A model generated the notes under the pieces. That model made no database searches, was not told the origin of the DNA, and was given only the letters and a program-made list of their open reading frames with translations. From assembly GCA_044229975.1 (NCBI GenBank), contig JBGARZ010000010.1, positions 318,009 to 382,008 on the forward strand: a stretch of 64,000 nucleotides of DNA. The letters run 5' to 3'. This stretch comes from Polyangiales bacterium (GTDB lineage Bacteria > Myxococcota_A > Polyangia > Polyangiales > Ga0077539). A program made the position numbers and the translations under genes. Every line of letters begins with the position of its first letter. The first letter of the stretch is position 1. Positions 10,155 to 19,558 of this stretch are shown here, piece after piece.

Positions 10155-10741
10155 ACGGAGACGACGAGTGGCTCGCGTGGGAGCGGGACTTCCAGGGCGG
10201 TGCGGAGTCGGGCGGTCCGTCGGCTGCGATGACGCTGGCGGCGGTGCGCCGGGAGACGCGGCGACAGTGGGGCGGATACGCGCTGGAGCTGTTGGCGAGC
10301 GTGGGGCTGGTGGCGTTCTACGTGCTGATGATGCGGCGGCAGCGGGAGACGTGGTTCGTGGTGATGGCGTCGGCGAATTTCGCGTTCGCGGCGCTGTGGA
10401 TGGGGTACCTGACGCACGTGCGGCGAGGGACGTGGTCGGCCGCGGGGCACGACGCGCGCACCTTCGTGGCGCTGACGCGGGCGCGGCGCGAGGCGGATCT
10501 ACGGTGGTTCCGTTTTGGGCGGGCGATCACGGCGGTGATGCTGCTCTTCGTCGCGGCGTGGGCGCCGTTCGTGCTGCGGGCGCGGTGGGAGCGCTACGCC
10601 GCCGAGCCGTGGCGCGCGGTGGTGGGCTTCGGCGGGGCGCTGCTCATCGGGGTCGGGGTGATGGTGTATCAGACGCGGCGCATCGGGCGCGCGGGACGGG
10701 AGCTGCGGGCGTTGGATGCGGCGGGGGAGGAGGCGGGTTGA
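10151..10741 (+). CDS. Four-TM membrane protein, probable anti-sigma factor
   Basis: ATGA overlap with sigma gene; four hydrophobic segments. Confidence 0.75.
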   Translation: MNGDDEWLAWERDFQGGAESGGPSAAMTLAAVRRETRRQWGGYALELLASVGLVAFYVLMMRRQRETWFVVMASANFAFAALWMGYLTHVRRGTWSAAGHDARTFVALTRARREADLRWFRFGRAITAVMLLFVAAWAPFVLRARWERYAAEPWRAVVGFGGALLIGVGVMVYQTRRIGRAGRELRALDAAGEEAG

Positions 10742-10764
10742 GGGGGCCAGGCGTCCTGCACGGG

Positions 10765-11256
10765 TTACGCGACGACGGGCGGAAGCGACTCCAGCCAAGC
10801 CTTCGCCTCGGCGAATGAGAGCAATCGCCCCTGCGCGCGGAGGGACGTCCACTCCGCTCCGGTGTCCTCCGTGACCGCGACGGCCTCGGTGGCTCCCTCG
10901 ATCATCAGGGAGATGTGCCAGTCGGTGGTCATCGACGCTCGCTGACCACCCTTCGCCCTTTGCCAGAGGTCCCTGGTCGGAAACCGATCGGCGAGGAGGT
11001 CGGCCCACCGCCGAGCACAATCGAGGTCCAGCGTGAGCGTTTCGATCTCGAGACCGCCGGGGGCGAAGACCGAGTCGAACATCACTTCGTCGAACTGCGC
11101 TCCCCGCTCCAATCGCTTGAACCGCCGGGTCTCCAGATAGACCTGAGGATGGATGACCACCGGCACGCCGCGCTGGTTTGCGAGCCGCACCAGGGGCAGG
11201 AAGCTCGCGGCGTTTCTCGTGATGTTCGTGTCGGGCCAGAGCACCCGCGTCGTCAT
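10765..11256 (-). CDS. PIN-domain (VapC-like) nuclease
   Basis: Acidic quartet in PIN spacing: VLWPDTN, QVYLE, TTDWHI, AVTED; ATGA overlap with upstream ATPase. Confidence 0.7.
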   Translation of the reverse strand: MTTRVLWPDTNITRNAASFLPLVRLANQRGVPVVIHPQVYLETRRFKRLERGAQFDEVMFDSVFAPGGLEIETLTLDLDCARRWADLLADRFPTRDLWQRAKGGQRASMTTDWHISLMIEGATEAVAVTEDTGAEWTSLRAQGRLLSFAEAKAWLESLPPVVA

Positions 11257-12509
11257 TCGTCGGTTCCGTCGACGGCCCCGTCGCCCAGCATCGACGCGAG
11301 CTGGTCCTCCCGCCACGCCTCCCACGCGCGGCTGCCCTTCACGAACCAGACGGCGCCCCCGCGCTCGATGCCCATCTCGTGGCGCATCCCATCCGGCAGC
11401 CGCGTGTAGCCCTCGCCTGTGACCCAGTGGGAGAGCGCCCCAGCCTTTCGCGCGCGATCTGCCAGCACGGGATCGCCGCGCTCCGACGGAGCCTTAGCCA
11501 CCCTCACTCCGCGCTCGTCGCGCTCGAAGCGCACCACCTCGGGACCATCGAAGGACGGGACGTGGCTCTCGATGATGATCTGGTCCTTAAAGCCGGCGTC
11601 GACCAGCTCTTCGAGCACGCGGCGAAAGATGATCTGGTTGTCGACGTCGAGGTTGAGCTCGGGTTCTTGGATGGCGAGCACCGCCGCGCGGGAGAGCATG
11701 ACGCTGGCGAGGAGCGTAACGATCTGCTGCTCGCCGGAGCTCAGCTCTTCGAGACCCAAGATGAGCCGCCCCCGCTCTTCGAAGGTGAGCTGTGGGACCG
11801 AGTTGGCGCCGATGCGGTCGATCGAGACGACCCGCCCCTTAAAGGCGTCGAAGCGGCCGAGCACTTCGGCGAAATAGCGCCACGACTCGCGGTCTCGCGG
11901 CTCTCGGGAGGTTCGAAGCGAGAAGAGCTGCTCCGCTAGTGCGCCGTGAAGCAGAACATCGGAAAACTGCGGTTGCTGCCAGGAGATCTGTCGACGACTG
12001 CTGACGATATCAAACGCATGACTGGCGTCGCCAAAGGGGGCCGAAACCCACGTGCGTAGCTCTTGCGCACGCTCTTTCGAGCCCAGGATGCGAGCCGCAG
12101 TCTCATCTCCAGAGACAACCAAGACAGGCGTATTGGGGCCGACTTCGAAAGAGAACAGAAACTCGCCCAGATCGGTGTTCTCAAGTGCCAATACCAACTT
12201 GAACGGGTGTCGCGAATCGACCGGTCTGTCTCGCGGAGCAACGCCAAACTGGGATTGTCGCTCGCCAAAACTACTCTTCCAGTCACCCGCTGGGCCGCCA
12301 CTGGCGCGCACGCTCGCAAGCAGGTGGAAGGCGATCATCAGCGCCACCTGCGCCGTCGACTTGCCCGTCCCGTTGCGCCCGTGGAAAGTCACCACCGGGT
12401 CAGCGAGCGGGATCTCAACCCGCTCGCCAAACACGCGGAAGTTCTCGATCGCGAGGGACTTCACCCGGAGGGATGGCCCGATCCGGGGCGGTAGCATTGG
12501 CACGTTCAT
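11253..12509 (-). CDS. ABC/AAA_21-type ATPase with C-terminal AbrB/MazE-like domain
   Basis: IENFRVF, Walker A GRNGTGKST, signature LSSGEQQ, Walker B LAIQEPE, switch ESH; tail VTGEGYTRLPDGMRHEMGIERGGAVWF. Confidence 0.82.
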   Translation of the reverse strand: MNVPMLPPRIGPSLRVKSLAIENFRVFGERVEIPLADPVVTFHGRNGTGKSTAQVALMIAFHLLASVRASGGPAGDWKSSFGERQSQFGVAPRDRPVDSRHPFKLVLALENTDLGEFLFSFEVGPNTPVLVVSGDETAARILGSKERAQELRTWVSAPFGDASHAFDIVSSRRQISWQQPQFSDVLLHGALAEQLFSLRTSREPRDRESWRYFAEVLGRFDAFKGRVVSIDRIGANSVPQLTFEERGRLILGLEELSSGEQQIVTLLASVMLSRAAVLAIQEPELNLDVDNQIIFRRVLEELVDAGFKDQIIIESHVPSFDGPEVVRFERDERGVRVAKAPSERGDPVLADRARKAGALSHWVTGEGYTRLPDGMRHEMGIERGGAVWFVKGSRAWEAWREDQLASMLGDGAVDGTDE

Positions 12510-12570
12510 CGCGACCAGAGCGTACCCGCCACCCACGCCGCGTGGCTACCTCAAGCTCCATCGCCCTCCC

Positions 12571-15081
12571 TCAATCCGCGTCCCCCGTAGGCCCCGCGAG
12601 CGGCCACTCCACCATCGCCATCGGAACCCCGGTGCGTGACGTCACCATCAGCATCCAGCGCAACACCGCGAGCGACTCCCGCCCGCCCAGCAGCATGTGC
12701 GTCAGCGCCTCCGTCGCGCTCGGCGCACCGTTGCCCGGCGCCTCGCTCACCAGCATCCCGATGATGGTGCGCAACAACCCGCCCGGCTCCGACGGCAGCT
12801 CCACCACCTCCGCGTCGTCGGGCAGCTGGCCCAGCGCGCGCGCCCGTCGCAGCGCCGTCAGCAAGCCACCCTCGCGGTCGACCAGCCCGAGGCTGTGCGC
12901 CCGCGACCCGAGGTACACGCGGCCCTCTCCCACCGCATCGATCTCCGCCGTCGTGCGGTGCCGCCCGCTCGCCACCCGCTGCAAGAACAGCCCGTAGAAC
13001 TCCCCGATCTTCCCCGCGAGAAACCTCCGCTCCTCCGGCGTGTACGGGCGAAACAGGCTGTCCATGTCCGCGCGCTCGCCGCGCCGCGACAGCTCCACGC
13101 CGACGTGCAGCCGCGACAGCAGACCCGCCACGTCGGCCTTGCCGTAGAAGATCCCGATGGAGCCCGTCAGCGTCGATGGGTCGGCGATGATCTCCCGTGC
13201 GCCCGCGCCGATGTAGTACCCGCCCGACGCCGCGATGCGACCAAACGATGCCACCACCGGCTTGCGTCGATTGGCCTGCGCCACCGCCCGCCACACCAGA
13301 TCGCTCGCCAGCGCGCTGCCGCCAGGGGAGTCCACCCGCAGCACGATGGCGCCCACGTTGGGCGACGCGGCCGCCGCCTCGATGGCCTCGATCAGCGTGC
13401 GCTCACCCGCCATGCGCATCCCGATGAGCGGGATCTCCGAGCTCTCGCCCTCCACGATGTCGCCGTCGACGTAGATCACCGCCACGCTCCGACCAGGGCC
13501 CCACCGCCGCGACCGCAGCGGCGCGAAGTCCTCCAGGTCGACCCGCCCCACACCCATCCCATCCGCGAAGACCCGCTCTGCCGTCGCGCGCGTCGACACC
13601 GCGTCGACCATGCGCCGCGTGCGCGCCTCCCGCGCCGTGTACGGACCGCCCACCACCAGCGCCCGCGCGTCCGTCGCCGACAGCTCGCGCGACGACGCGA
13701 TGCCGGCCACGAGCGTTCCCAGGGTGTCGTCGAGGATCTGCTCCTCCTGCTCGCGCGCCGGCTCGGTGCTCGTCGCCCGCGTGAACTGCTCGGCCGCGCT
13801 CTTCCAATCACCGATCCGAACGAAGTCCGTCCGCACCCCGATGGACCACAGCGCCGGACCCAGGAAGTACCGCATCGCGCGCAACCCCTGGAGACGCACG
13901 CCGCCCGCCGGATCCAAGCTCACCCGATCGACGCCCGCGCACGCGTACCAGGTGCTCGCCGTCGCGTCGGTGAGGTGACACGCCACCCGCTTGCCCCGCC
14001 GTCGCAGCAGCGCAAATGCCTCGCGCAGCTCCTCCGCGTGCGCGAGTCCGCCGACCTCGCCGCGCGGCGCAAACATCACGCCCCGCACCGACGGATCACG
14101 CGACAGACGCTCCATCCGCATCACCAATCGGGCGAGGGCGCGCGCGTCGGGCGACGAGTCCATGCTCACGGTCACGGCCACGCCCGGCGTCGGCAGGCCC
14201 ACCGCACCGCGATCGCCGTCCACCCCGACGCTCGCGTACCAGCCCGCCGCATCGTCGCTACGAACGAAGCCACCGCCGCCTGCGTTGTAGCGGCCCCACA
14301 CCATCTCCAACCCGACGCCCGCACGCCACGCGTCGAGGCCGAAATCCCACACGCCCTCGGCGCGCAGAAAGCCCACGTGGGGAATGGCGAGCCGCGTCCC
14401 AGCCCGCGCCTGGAGGTCACCCTGCTGCGCCCAGGCGCCGTCGATGCCGAGGGTCCACGCGTCGGTCCCGACGGGTCGAACGGCGACGCCCGCGACCACC
14501 TGGCGGTCGAGACCCAGCGCCAGGTTTTGCGGTCCTGTCACGCCGCGCATGACGACGCCGATGGCGCCGTACGCCGATGGTCGCCAGAGCGCGCCGACGT
14601 CCAAGGCCACGCGGCCGTCGACCGTCTCGCCCGCTGATCCAGCGCCCGCGCCGGTGCCCGCGAAGACGCGGGTGCGGACGCCGATGGACAGCCGTCGGTC
14701 GAGCGACCACCCGAGCCCGAGGTCGACCGAACCCCACTGCCCGAGGCTCGCGCCCGAGCCCACGGCCACTGCATCGGGGCGCGCGTAGGTCGCGCCCACC
14801 GACACACCGAACCCGAAGGGCAACGGCGTCGCCCAGCTCGCGGCGGTTGCGTTGAGGGCCGTTCCGCCGCGCGCGACCTCCTCGGTGTGCGTGAGCCGCG
14901 CCGACCAGTTGCGCCCCAGCGGAACGCCCGCTGGATTGACCCGCGCGGCTTCGGCGCCGCTCGCTGATGCGACGGTCACGCCGGGCGCCACCACCTCGTC
15001 GCCGAGTCCCTGCGCGTACGCCGCGCTTGTTGTCAGAGAGGAGAGTGCGAACCCGACCAGCCCGAAGCGCGTTGCCTTCAC
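12571..15081 (-). CDS. sppA: Signal peptide peptidase SppA (S49, two domains) with N-terminal beta-barrel-like region
   Basis: WKSAAE, LRVDSPGGSALAS, AASGGYY, TGSIG, GEGRVYLG..A...GLVD; start placed at GTG 15081 (signal peptide follows). Confidence 0.9.
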   Translation of the reverse strand: MKATRFGLVGFALSSLTTSAAYAQGLGDEVVAPGVTVASASGAEAARVNPAGVPLGRNWSARLTHTEEVARGGTALNATAASWATPLPFGFGVSVGATYARPDAVAVGSGASLGQWGSVDLGLGWSLDRRLSIGVRTRVFAGTGAGAGSAGETVDGRVALDVGALWRPSAYGAIGVVMRGVTGPQNLALGLDRQVVAGVAVRPVGTDAWTLGIDGAWAQQGDLQARAGTRLAIPHVGFLRAEGVWDFGLDAWRAGVGLEMVWGRYNAGGGGFVRSDDAAGWYASVGVDGDRGAVGLPTPGVAVTVSMDSSPDARALARLVMRMERLSRDPSVRGVMFAPRGEVGGLAHAEELREAFALLRRRGKRVACHLTDATASTWYACAGVDRVSLDPAGGVRLQGLRAMRYFLGPALWSIGVRTDFVRIGDWKSAAEQFTRATSTEPAREQEEQILDDTLGTLVAGIASSRELSATDARALVVGGPYTAREARTRRMVDAVSTRATAERVFADGMGVGRVDLEDFAPLRSRRWGPGRSVAVIYVDGDIVEGESSEIPLIGMRMAGERTLIEAIEAAAASPNVGAIVLRVDSPGGSALASDLVWRAVAQANRRKPVVASFGRIAASGGYYIGAGAREIIADPSTLTGSIGIFYGKADVAGLLSRLHVGVELSRRGERADMDSLFRPYTPEERRFLAGKIGEFYGLFLQRVASGRHRTTAEIDAVGEGRVYLGSRAHSLGLVDREGGLLTALRRARALGQLPDDAEVVELPSEPGGLLRTIIGMLVSEAPGNGAPSATEALTHMLLGGRESLAVLRWMLMVTSRTGVPMAMVEWPLAGPTGDAD

Positions 15082-15129
15082 GCGAAGACCGTACACCGCC
15101 GCCCGGTGACGGGGTTATGGTCCGTCGCG

Positions 15130-15798
15130 GTGCGACGCGTCCGCGGATCATGGCTGGCGACGATGGTGGCGGGCGCGCTGACGTCGTCGACCGCTACGGC
15201 CCAGCCGGCGCCGCAGGACGCCGCGAGCTTCGAGCCGCGCGAGGTGTCTGCTCCCGCGCGGGCGCAGTACAACGAGGCCCGCGCGGCGTACGCGGCCGGT
15301 CGCTACCGACGAGCGGCGGCGCTGCTCGAAGCGGCCATCGCGCGCGACCCGGCGGGGACCAACCTGTGGTTCAACCTGGGCGTGGTGCGCGAGCGCCTCG
15401 GGGAGATCGATCAGGCGATCATCGCGTACCAGAGCTACCTCGCGCGGGTGAGGGACCCGGAGGAGCGCGCGCGCACCAACCGCATCGTGACGCGGCTCGA
15501 AGGGGCGCGGGCCGAGCTGCTCGCGGTGGGGCTGCGGCGCGGGAGAGCGGACGGGTTGTTCTTCGTGACGACGGGCGCGGCGGTGGCGAGCACGACGCTG
15601 GGCGTGGTGTGGTTCGCGACGGAGCGGTCGTCGGGGGTGGACCCGGTGCCGGTGGTGTTCACGGCGTCGGGCATCGCGCTCGGGGTGCTGGCGACGGTGC
15701 TGTACGTGGCGCGCGAGGTGCCGCGGCCGCCGACGTACTTCGTGGGCGCGCACCCGCTGACGGGCGGCGGGGTGATGACCGTGGGGGCGATGTTCTGA
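15130..15798 (+). CDS. Secreted/membrane TPR protein
   Basis: Signal peptide; TPR helices (LWFNLGVVRERLGEIDQAIIAYQSYL); C-terminal hydrophobic segments. Confidence 0.8.
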   Translation: MRRVRGSWLATMVAGALTSSTATAQPAPQDAASFEPREVSAPARAQYNEARAAYAAGRYRRAAALLEAAIARDPAGTNLWFNLGVVRERLGEIDQAIIAYQSYLARVRDPEERARTNRIVTRLEGARAELLAVGLRRGRADGLFFVTTGAAVASTTLGVVWFATERSSGVDPVPVVFTASGIALGVLATVLYVAREVPRPPTYFVGAHPLTGGGVMTVGAMF

Positions 15799-15837
15799 CC
15801 GCGGGCGCACCCGCTGAACGTCTGTTACTTCTCCGTC

Positions 15838-16668
15838 GTGCCCCTCCCCCGACTGCTCGCCCTCGACCTCGACGGAACCCTCCTCTGCCCCGGTGACCGC
15901 CTCGCCCCCGACGACGCAGCCGCTGTCGCGCGGGCCCAGCGCGCGGGCATCACCGTCACCATCGCCACCGGCCGCATCACCAGCGGCGCGCTCCCCACCG
16001 CCATCACCCTCGGCATGCGCGGCCCCATGGTCGTCGCCGACGGCGCCGTGCTCGCCGACACCGTCACTGGCGCACCGCTCTCGCAGCACTCGCTCCACCC
16101 CACCGTCGTCACCGACCTCACACGCACCATGGGCAGCCACGCGCTCCAGCCGTTCTGGTTTCTGCACGACGAGATTCACGGCGAGCACGGCGACGATGCC
16201 GTCGTCGGCTACGTCCGAACGTGGTCACCGCGCGTCTCGCTCCACCCCGAGCTGCACACGTCGCTCGCGTGGGAGCGCCGCCACGAGGTCGCCATCGCCA
16301 TCGGCGTCGGTTCGCAGCAGGGCGTCGAGCGCACCGCCCAATGGCTCCGCGACCACCACTCGGCTGCGGTCAACCTCGCTGCCTTCCCCCTCGACCGCGC
16401 GCAACGTTGGGCCGTGCTCGTGCGCGACACGGCCTCCGACAAGGCGCAGGGCCTCGCGCGCTTGTGCGCCCGCGAGGGCATCGCCGCCTCCGAGGTCGCC
16501 GTCGTCGGCGACTGGATCAACGACGTCCCGATGTTCCAGTGGGCGGGTCGCAGCTTCGCGATGGGGCACAGCCCCGACGAGGTGTCCAAGCACGCGACGG
16601 AGAAGCTCACCGTCGGCGGACGCAACGGCGGCGGCGTCGCCGAAGCCATCGCGCGGCTGCTCGCGTAA
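15838..16668 (+). CDS. Cof-type HAD-IIB hydrolase
   Basis: DLDGTLL, IATGR, DKAQGL, VGDWINDVPMF. Confidence 0.9.
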   Translation: MPLPRLLALDLDGTLLCPGDRLAPDDAAAVARAQRAGITVTIATGRITSGALPTAITLGMRGPMVVADGAVLADTVTGAPLSQHSLHPTVVTDLTRTMGSHALQPFWFLHDEIHGEHGDDAVVGYVRTWSPRVSLHPELHTSLAWERRHEVAIAIGVGSQQGVERTAQWLRDHHSAAVNLAAFPLDRAQRWAVLVRDTASDKAQGLARLCAREGIAASEVAVVGDWINDVPMFQWAGRSFAMGHSPDEVSKHATEKLTVGGRNGGGVAEAIARLLA

Positions 16669-16747
16669 CGCACCCGCCGCTCCGGTGTAGGCGGCGCACT
16701 CGGCCCTTGCGCGGCGCGGGGTTGTTCCGTGAGAGTAAGGCACTCGC

Positions 16748-17677
16748 GTGAAGGTCTGCCCCACCTGCAAATCGAGCTACTCCGGCAAACCGCCGCGGTG
16801 TCCGTTGGACGGCGCGCTGCTCTACGACCTCGGCCCCGACCTCCTCGGCGGGCGCGTGGTCGCGCGGCACTTCCGCATGATCGAGCGCTGCGGCGCGGGC
16901 ACCACCGCGGACGTCTACCGCGCCCTCGACGTGAAGAGCGGCGCGGTCATCGCGGCGCGCGTTCCGACGGCCTACGGCAGCGACGACGCCACGCAGCGCG
17001 AGCGGCTCACCGACCAGGTGCGGGCGTTTCACAAGGCCGCGCCGCACGACATGCTGGTGCCCGTGCTCGACGTGCTCGAGCGCGCGGTCGATGGGCGCAC
17101 CGTGGTCATCACGGAGTTCGTGTCGACGCCGGCGCTGCCGCATGTGCTCGCGGCGGGGGCGGTTCCGTTGGATGCGGCGCTCACCGCGGGCGGACAAATC
17201 GCGGCGCTGCTGGAGCACCTCAACTCGCGCGGTGTGCTGGCGCGTGACCTGCGGGCGGGGGCGGTGTTTCTGTCGTCGACGGGGGCGGTGCGTACGCGGC
17301 TGTCCATCGACGCGCTCGCGACGGGTCCGACGTCGGCGCCTGATCCGTTGCCGGCCGTGCGCGCGTTGTCGCCGCACATGGCGCCGGCGTACCTGAGCCC
17401 GGAGCGCATCCGCGGCGAGGCGTGCACGGCGGCGGGCGACGTGTACGCGTTCGCGGCGCTGCTGTTCGAGATGTTCACGGGGAAGCCGGCGTTTACGGGC
17501 GACGGTCCCGCGGTGGTGCAGCAGCACCTCGAAGCGCCCGCGCCGGTGCTGCGACAGGTGGCGCCCGCGCTCCCGAAGGAGCTCGAAGGGCTGCTGGCGA
17601 GGATGTTCGCGAAGAAGGCGCAGTTCAGGCCGACGCCCACCGAGGTGCGCGCGGCGCTCGCGGCGCTCGCGGGCTGA
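16748..17677 (+). CDS. Ser/Thr kinase-like protein with degenerate catalytic motifs and N-terminal Cys cluster
   Basis: CPTC..CPLDG, GAGTTADVY, ARDLRAGAV, YLSPE, GDVYAFAALLFEMFTGKPAF. Confidence 0.8.
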   Translation: MKVCPTCKSSYSGKPPRCPLDGALLYDLGPDLLGGRVVARHFRMIERCGAGTTADVYRALDVKSGAVIAARVPTAYGSDDATQRERLTDQVRAFHKAAPHDMLVPVLDVLERAVDGRTVVITEFVSTPALPHVLAAGAVPLDAALTAGGQIAALLEHLNSRGVLARDLRAGAVFLSSTGAVRTRLSIDALATGPTSAPDPLPAVRALSPHMAPAYLSPERIRGEACTAAGDVYAFAALLFEMFTGKPAFTGDGPAVVQQHLEAPAPVLRQVAPALPKELEGLLARMFAKKAQFRPTPTEVRAALAALAG

Positions 17678-17715
17678 GCGGGGCGACCCTTCGATCTGGC
17701 TTATAGTCGCCCGCG

Positions 17716-18765
17716 ATGATCAAGCGGGTGCGGCTCCAGAACTACAAGAACCACCGCGACACGGAGGTCGAACTCCGCCCGCTGACAGTGCTGGTCGGAC
17801 CCAACGGCGCGGGCAAGACGAGCTTCTTGCAGGGGCTCCAACTCTTGCGAGGAGTGCCTGCGACCAACGTCGATCATTACTTCACCAGAGGTGGTCCCTC
17901 GATCGAGGCAGTCGTTCATCGCGGTAGCGATGCCGTCGCACTGCAAGCAGAGGGCACGGTGGTTGGAGAGCCATGGTCGGTTGCTCTCAACCTGCCGACG
18001 CGTCAGGTGGCTCATGGACGTTGGTCGATCGCCGACCAACCACCTGTCAGTTTCGGAAAGAACCTCGACTCGTCGCTCCCAGAGAACTCGCCGTTTCGTC
18101 AGCAATTGAAGGGCATCGAACTCTTCAGCTTCGACCCAAACAAGATCTCTGAGCCCGCGCAACTCAGTGAGGTAGTTCCAGCGGTCAAACCAGATGGAGC
18201 CAACACCGCTCCTACGCTCGCCACACTGAAGCTGACCGACCTCGGTGCATTTCAGCGCGTCGAAGCGGCTCTCCGGCAAGTGGTTCCAGGCGTTGAGCAC
18301 CTGCTCGTGAAGCCCGCACCCATGCCGACCGGCGGTGGCATCGGCTATCACGTCTCCTTCGACTTTCGCGGCGTGCCCGACGTGCCTGCGTTCGCTGCCA
18401 GCAGCGGGACCCTGGTGACCCTCGCACTGCTCACCGCGCTGCACGCGCCCGACGGCCCGCGCGTCGTGCTCATCGATGAGATCGACCACGCGCTCCACCC
18501 GAAGGCCCAGATGGCCCTCGTGCGACAACTGCGCGCGCTCCTCGCACTCGACCCTGAGCTCCAGATCATCGTGACGACCCACTCGCCGTACATCCTCGAC
18601 GCGGTCGACGTGGAGGACGTTCGGGTCTTCGCGACGCGCGCGGATGGATCGGTCGCGACCAGGTCGTTGGCGCAACACCCGGCCGCGGAGCGTACGAAGG
18701 GCACGCTGTCCGCTGGGCAATTGTGGAGCCTCGACGATGAGTCGACCTGGGTCGCGGAGGCGTGA
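17716..18765 (+). CDS. ABC/AAA_21-type ATPase
   Basis: LQNYKN, Walker A GPNGAGKT, signature ASSGT, Walker B LIDEID, HALHP, TTHSP. Confidence 0.9.
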   Translation: MIKRVRLQNYKNHRDTEVELRPLTVLVGPNGAGKTSFLQGLQLLRGVPATNVDHYFTRGGPSIEAVVHRGSDAVALQAEGTVVGEPWSVALNLPTRQVAHGRWSIADQPPVSFGKNLDSSLPENSPFRQQLKGIELFSFDPNKISEPAQLSEVVPAVKPDGANTAPTLATLKLTDLGAFQRVEAALRQVVPGVEHLLVKPAPMPTGGGIGYHVSFDFRGVPDVPAFAASSGTLVTLALLTALHAPDGPRVVLIDEIDHALHPKAQMALVRQLRALLALDPELQIIVTTHSPYILDAVDVEDVRVFATRADGSVATRSLAQHPAAERTKGTLSAGQLWSLDDESTWVAEA

Positions 18766-18768
18766 CGG

Positions 18769-19551
18769 GTGCCGACTTGGAGGATGTTCTGCGAGGCCGC
18801 GGCGGATCATCATACGACCGCAGGGATCGTCGATCGGGTCCTGGCTGAGCGTTGCGATGACTGGGTTCGAGATCTGCTCGAAACGTCTCCAGATGGTGTC
18901 CGCACATGGAGTCTCGACGAGCGCGGTGAACCCTGGTCTGACGTGCACTCGGTGCGAGACGTTGCTCGCTCGATGGGCCTGCGTCTCAACCACGGGCACT
19001 TCGGTGGAGAGCCCGCGGAGCCTTTCGCGCACATGGTCTTCAATGCGGTGCTCGTCGCTCGCGAGACGGCCAAGACGCTCGCCATCGACGCGCTCGTCAT
19101 CGTCGCGGACCTGGACAACCAACCCGCCGATCGTCTGAAGGGACTCGAACAGGGCCGCGTTCGAGGGCAGGCCGTTCTCGATTCCGTACCGGTGATCGTC
19201 GGTGCGCCGAACCCCAATCGAGAGGCGTGGGTGCTCGTCGGCTTCGATCCGCTCGACGCCGCGGAGCAGGCGAAGCTCGACGCTGAGCGCCGGACATTGG
19301 GCTTCTATCCCAACGAGTCCCCAGAGCGACTGGTGGCTGTCGACGAGCGTGCGCAAAACCACACCAAGAGGGTTCTCGACGTGTTGACCGGCGGCGACGA
19401 CGAGCGTGAGGCCCGGTGTTGGAGCGAATCTCGAATTGAGTCGTTGCAAGCGCGAGGTGTCGGCTGCGGCCTGACGCACTTCATGACCGAGGTGGAGCAG
19501 AAGCTCTGCCCGCAGATCGACAACCGCAGCAGGCCACCAACTGATCGCTGA
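18769..19551 (+). CDS. TOPRIM-like (DUF4276/RloB-type) partner of the ATPase
   Basis: N-terminal FCE..AD, central VADLD (DxD), EAWVL motif; 3 nt after ATPase stop. Confidence 0.65.
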   Translation: MPTWRMFCEAAADHHTTAGIVDRVLAERCDDWVRDLLETSPDGVRTWSLDERGEPWSDVHSVRDVARSMGLRLNHGHFGGEPAEPFAHMVFNAVLVARETAKTLAIDALVIVADLDNQPADRLKGLEQGRVRGQAVLDSVPVIVGAPNPNREAWVLVGFDPLDAAEQAKLDAERRTLGFYPNESPERLVAVDERAQNHTKRVLDVLTGGDDEREARCWSESRIESLQARGVGCGLTHFMTEVEQKLCPQIDNRSRPPTDR

Positions 19552-19558
19552 CGAGGCG

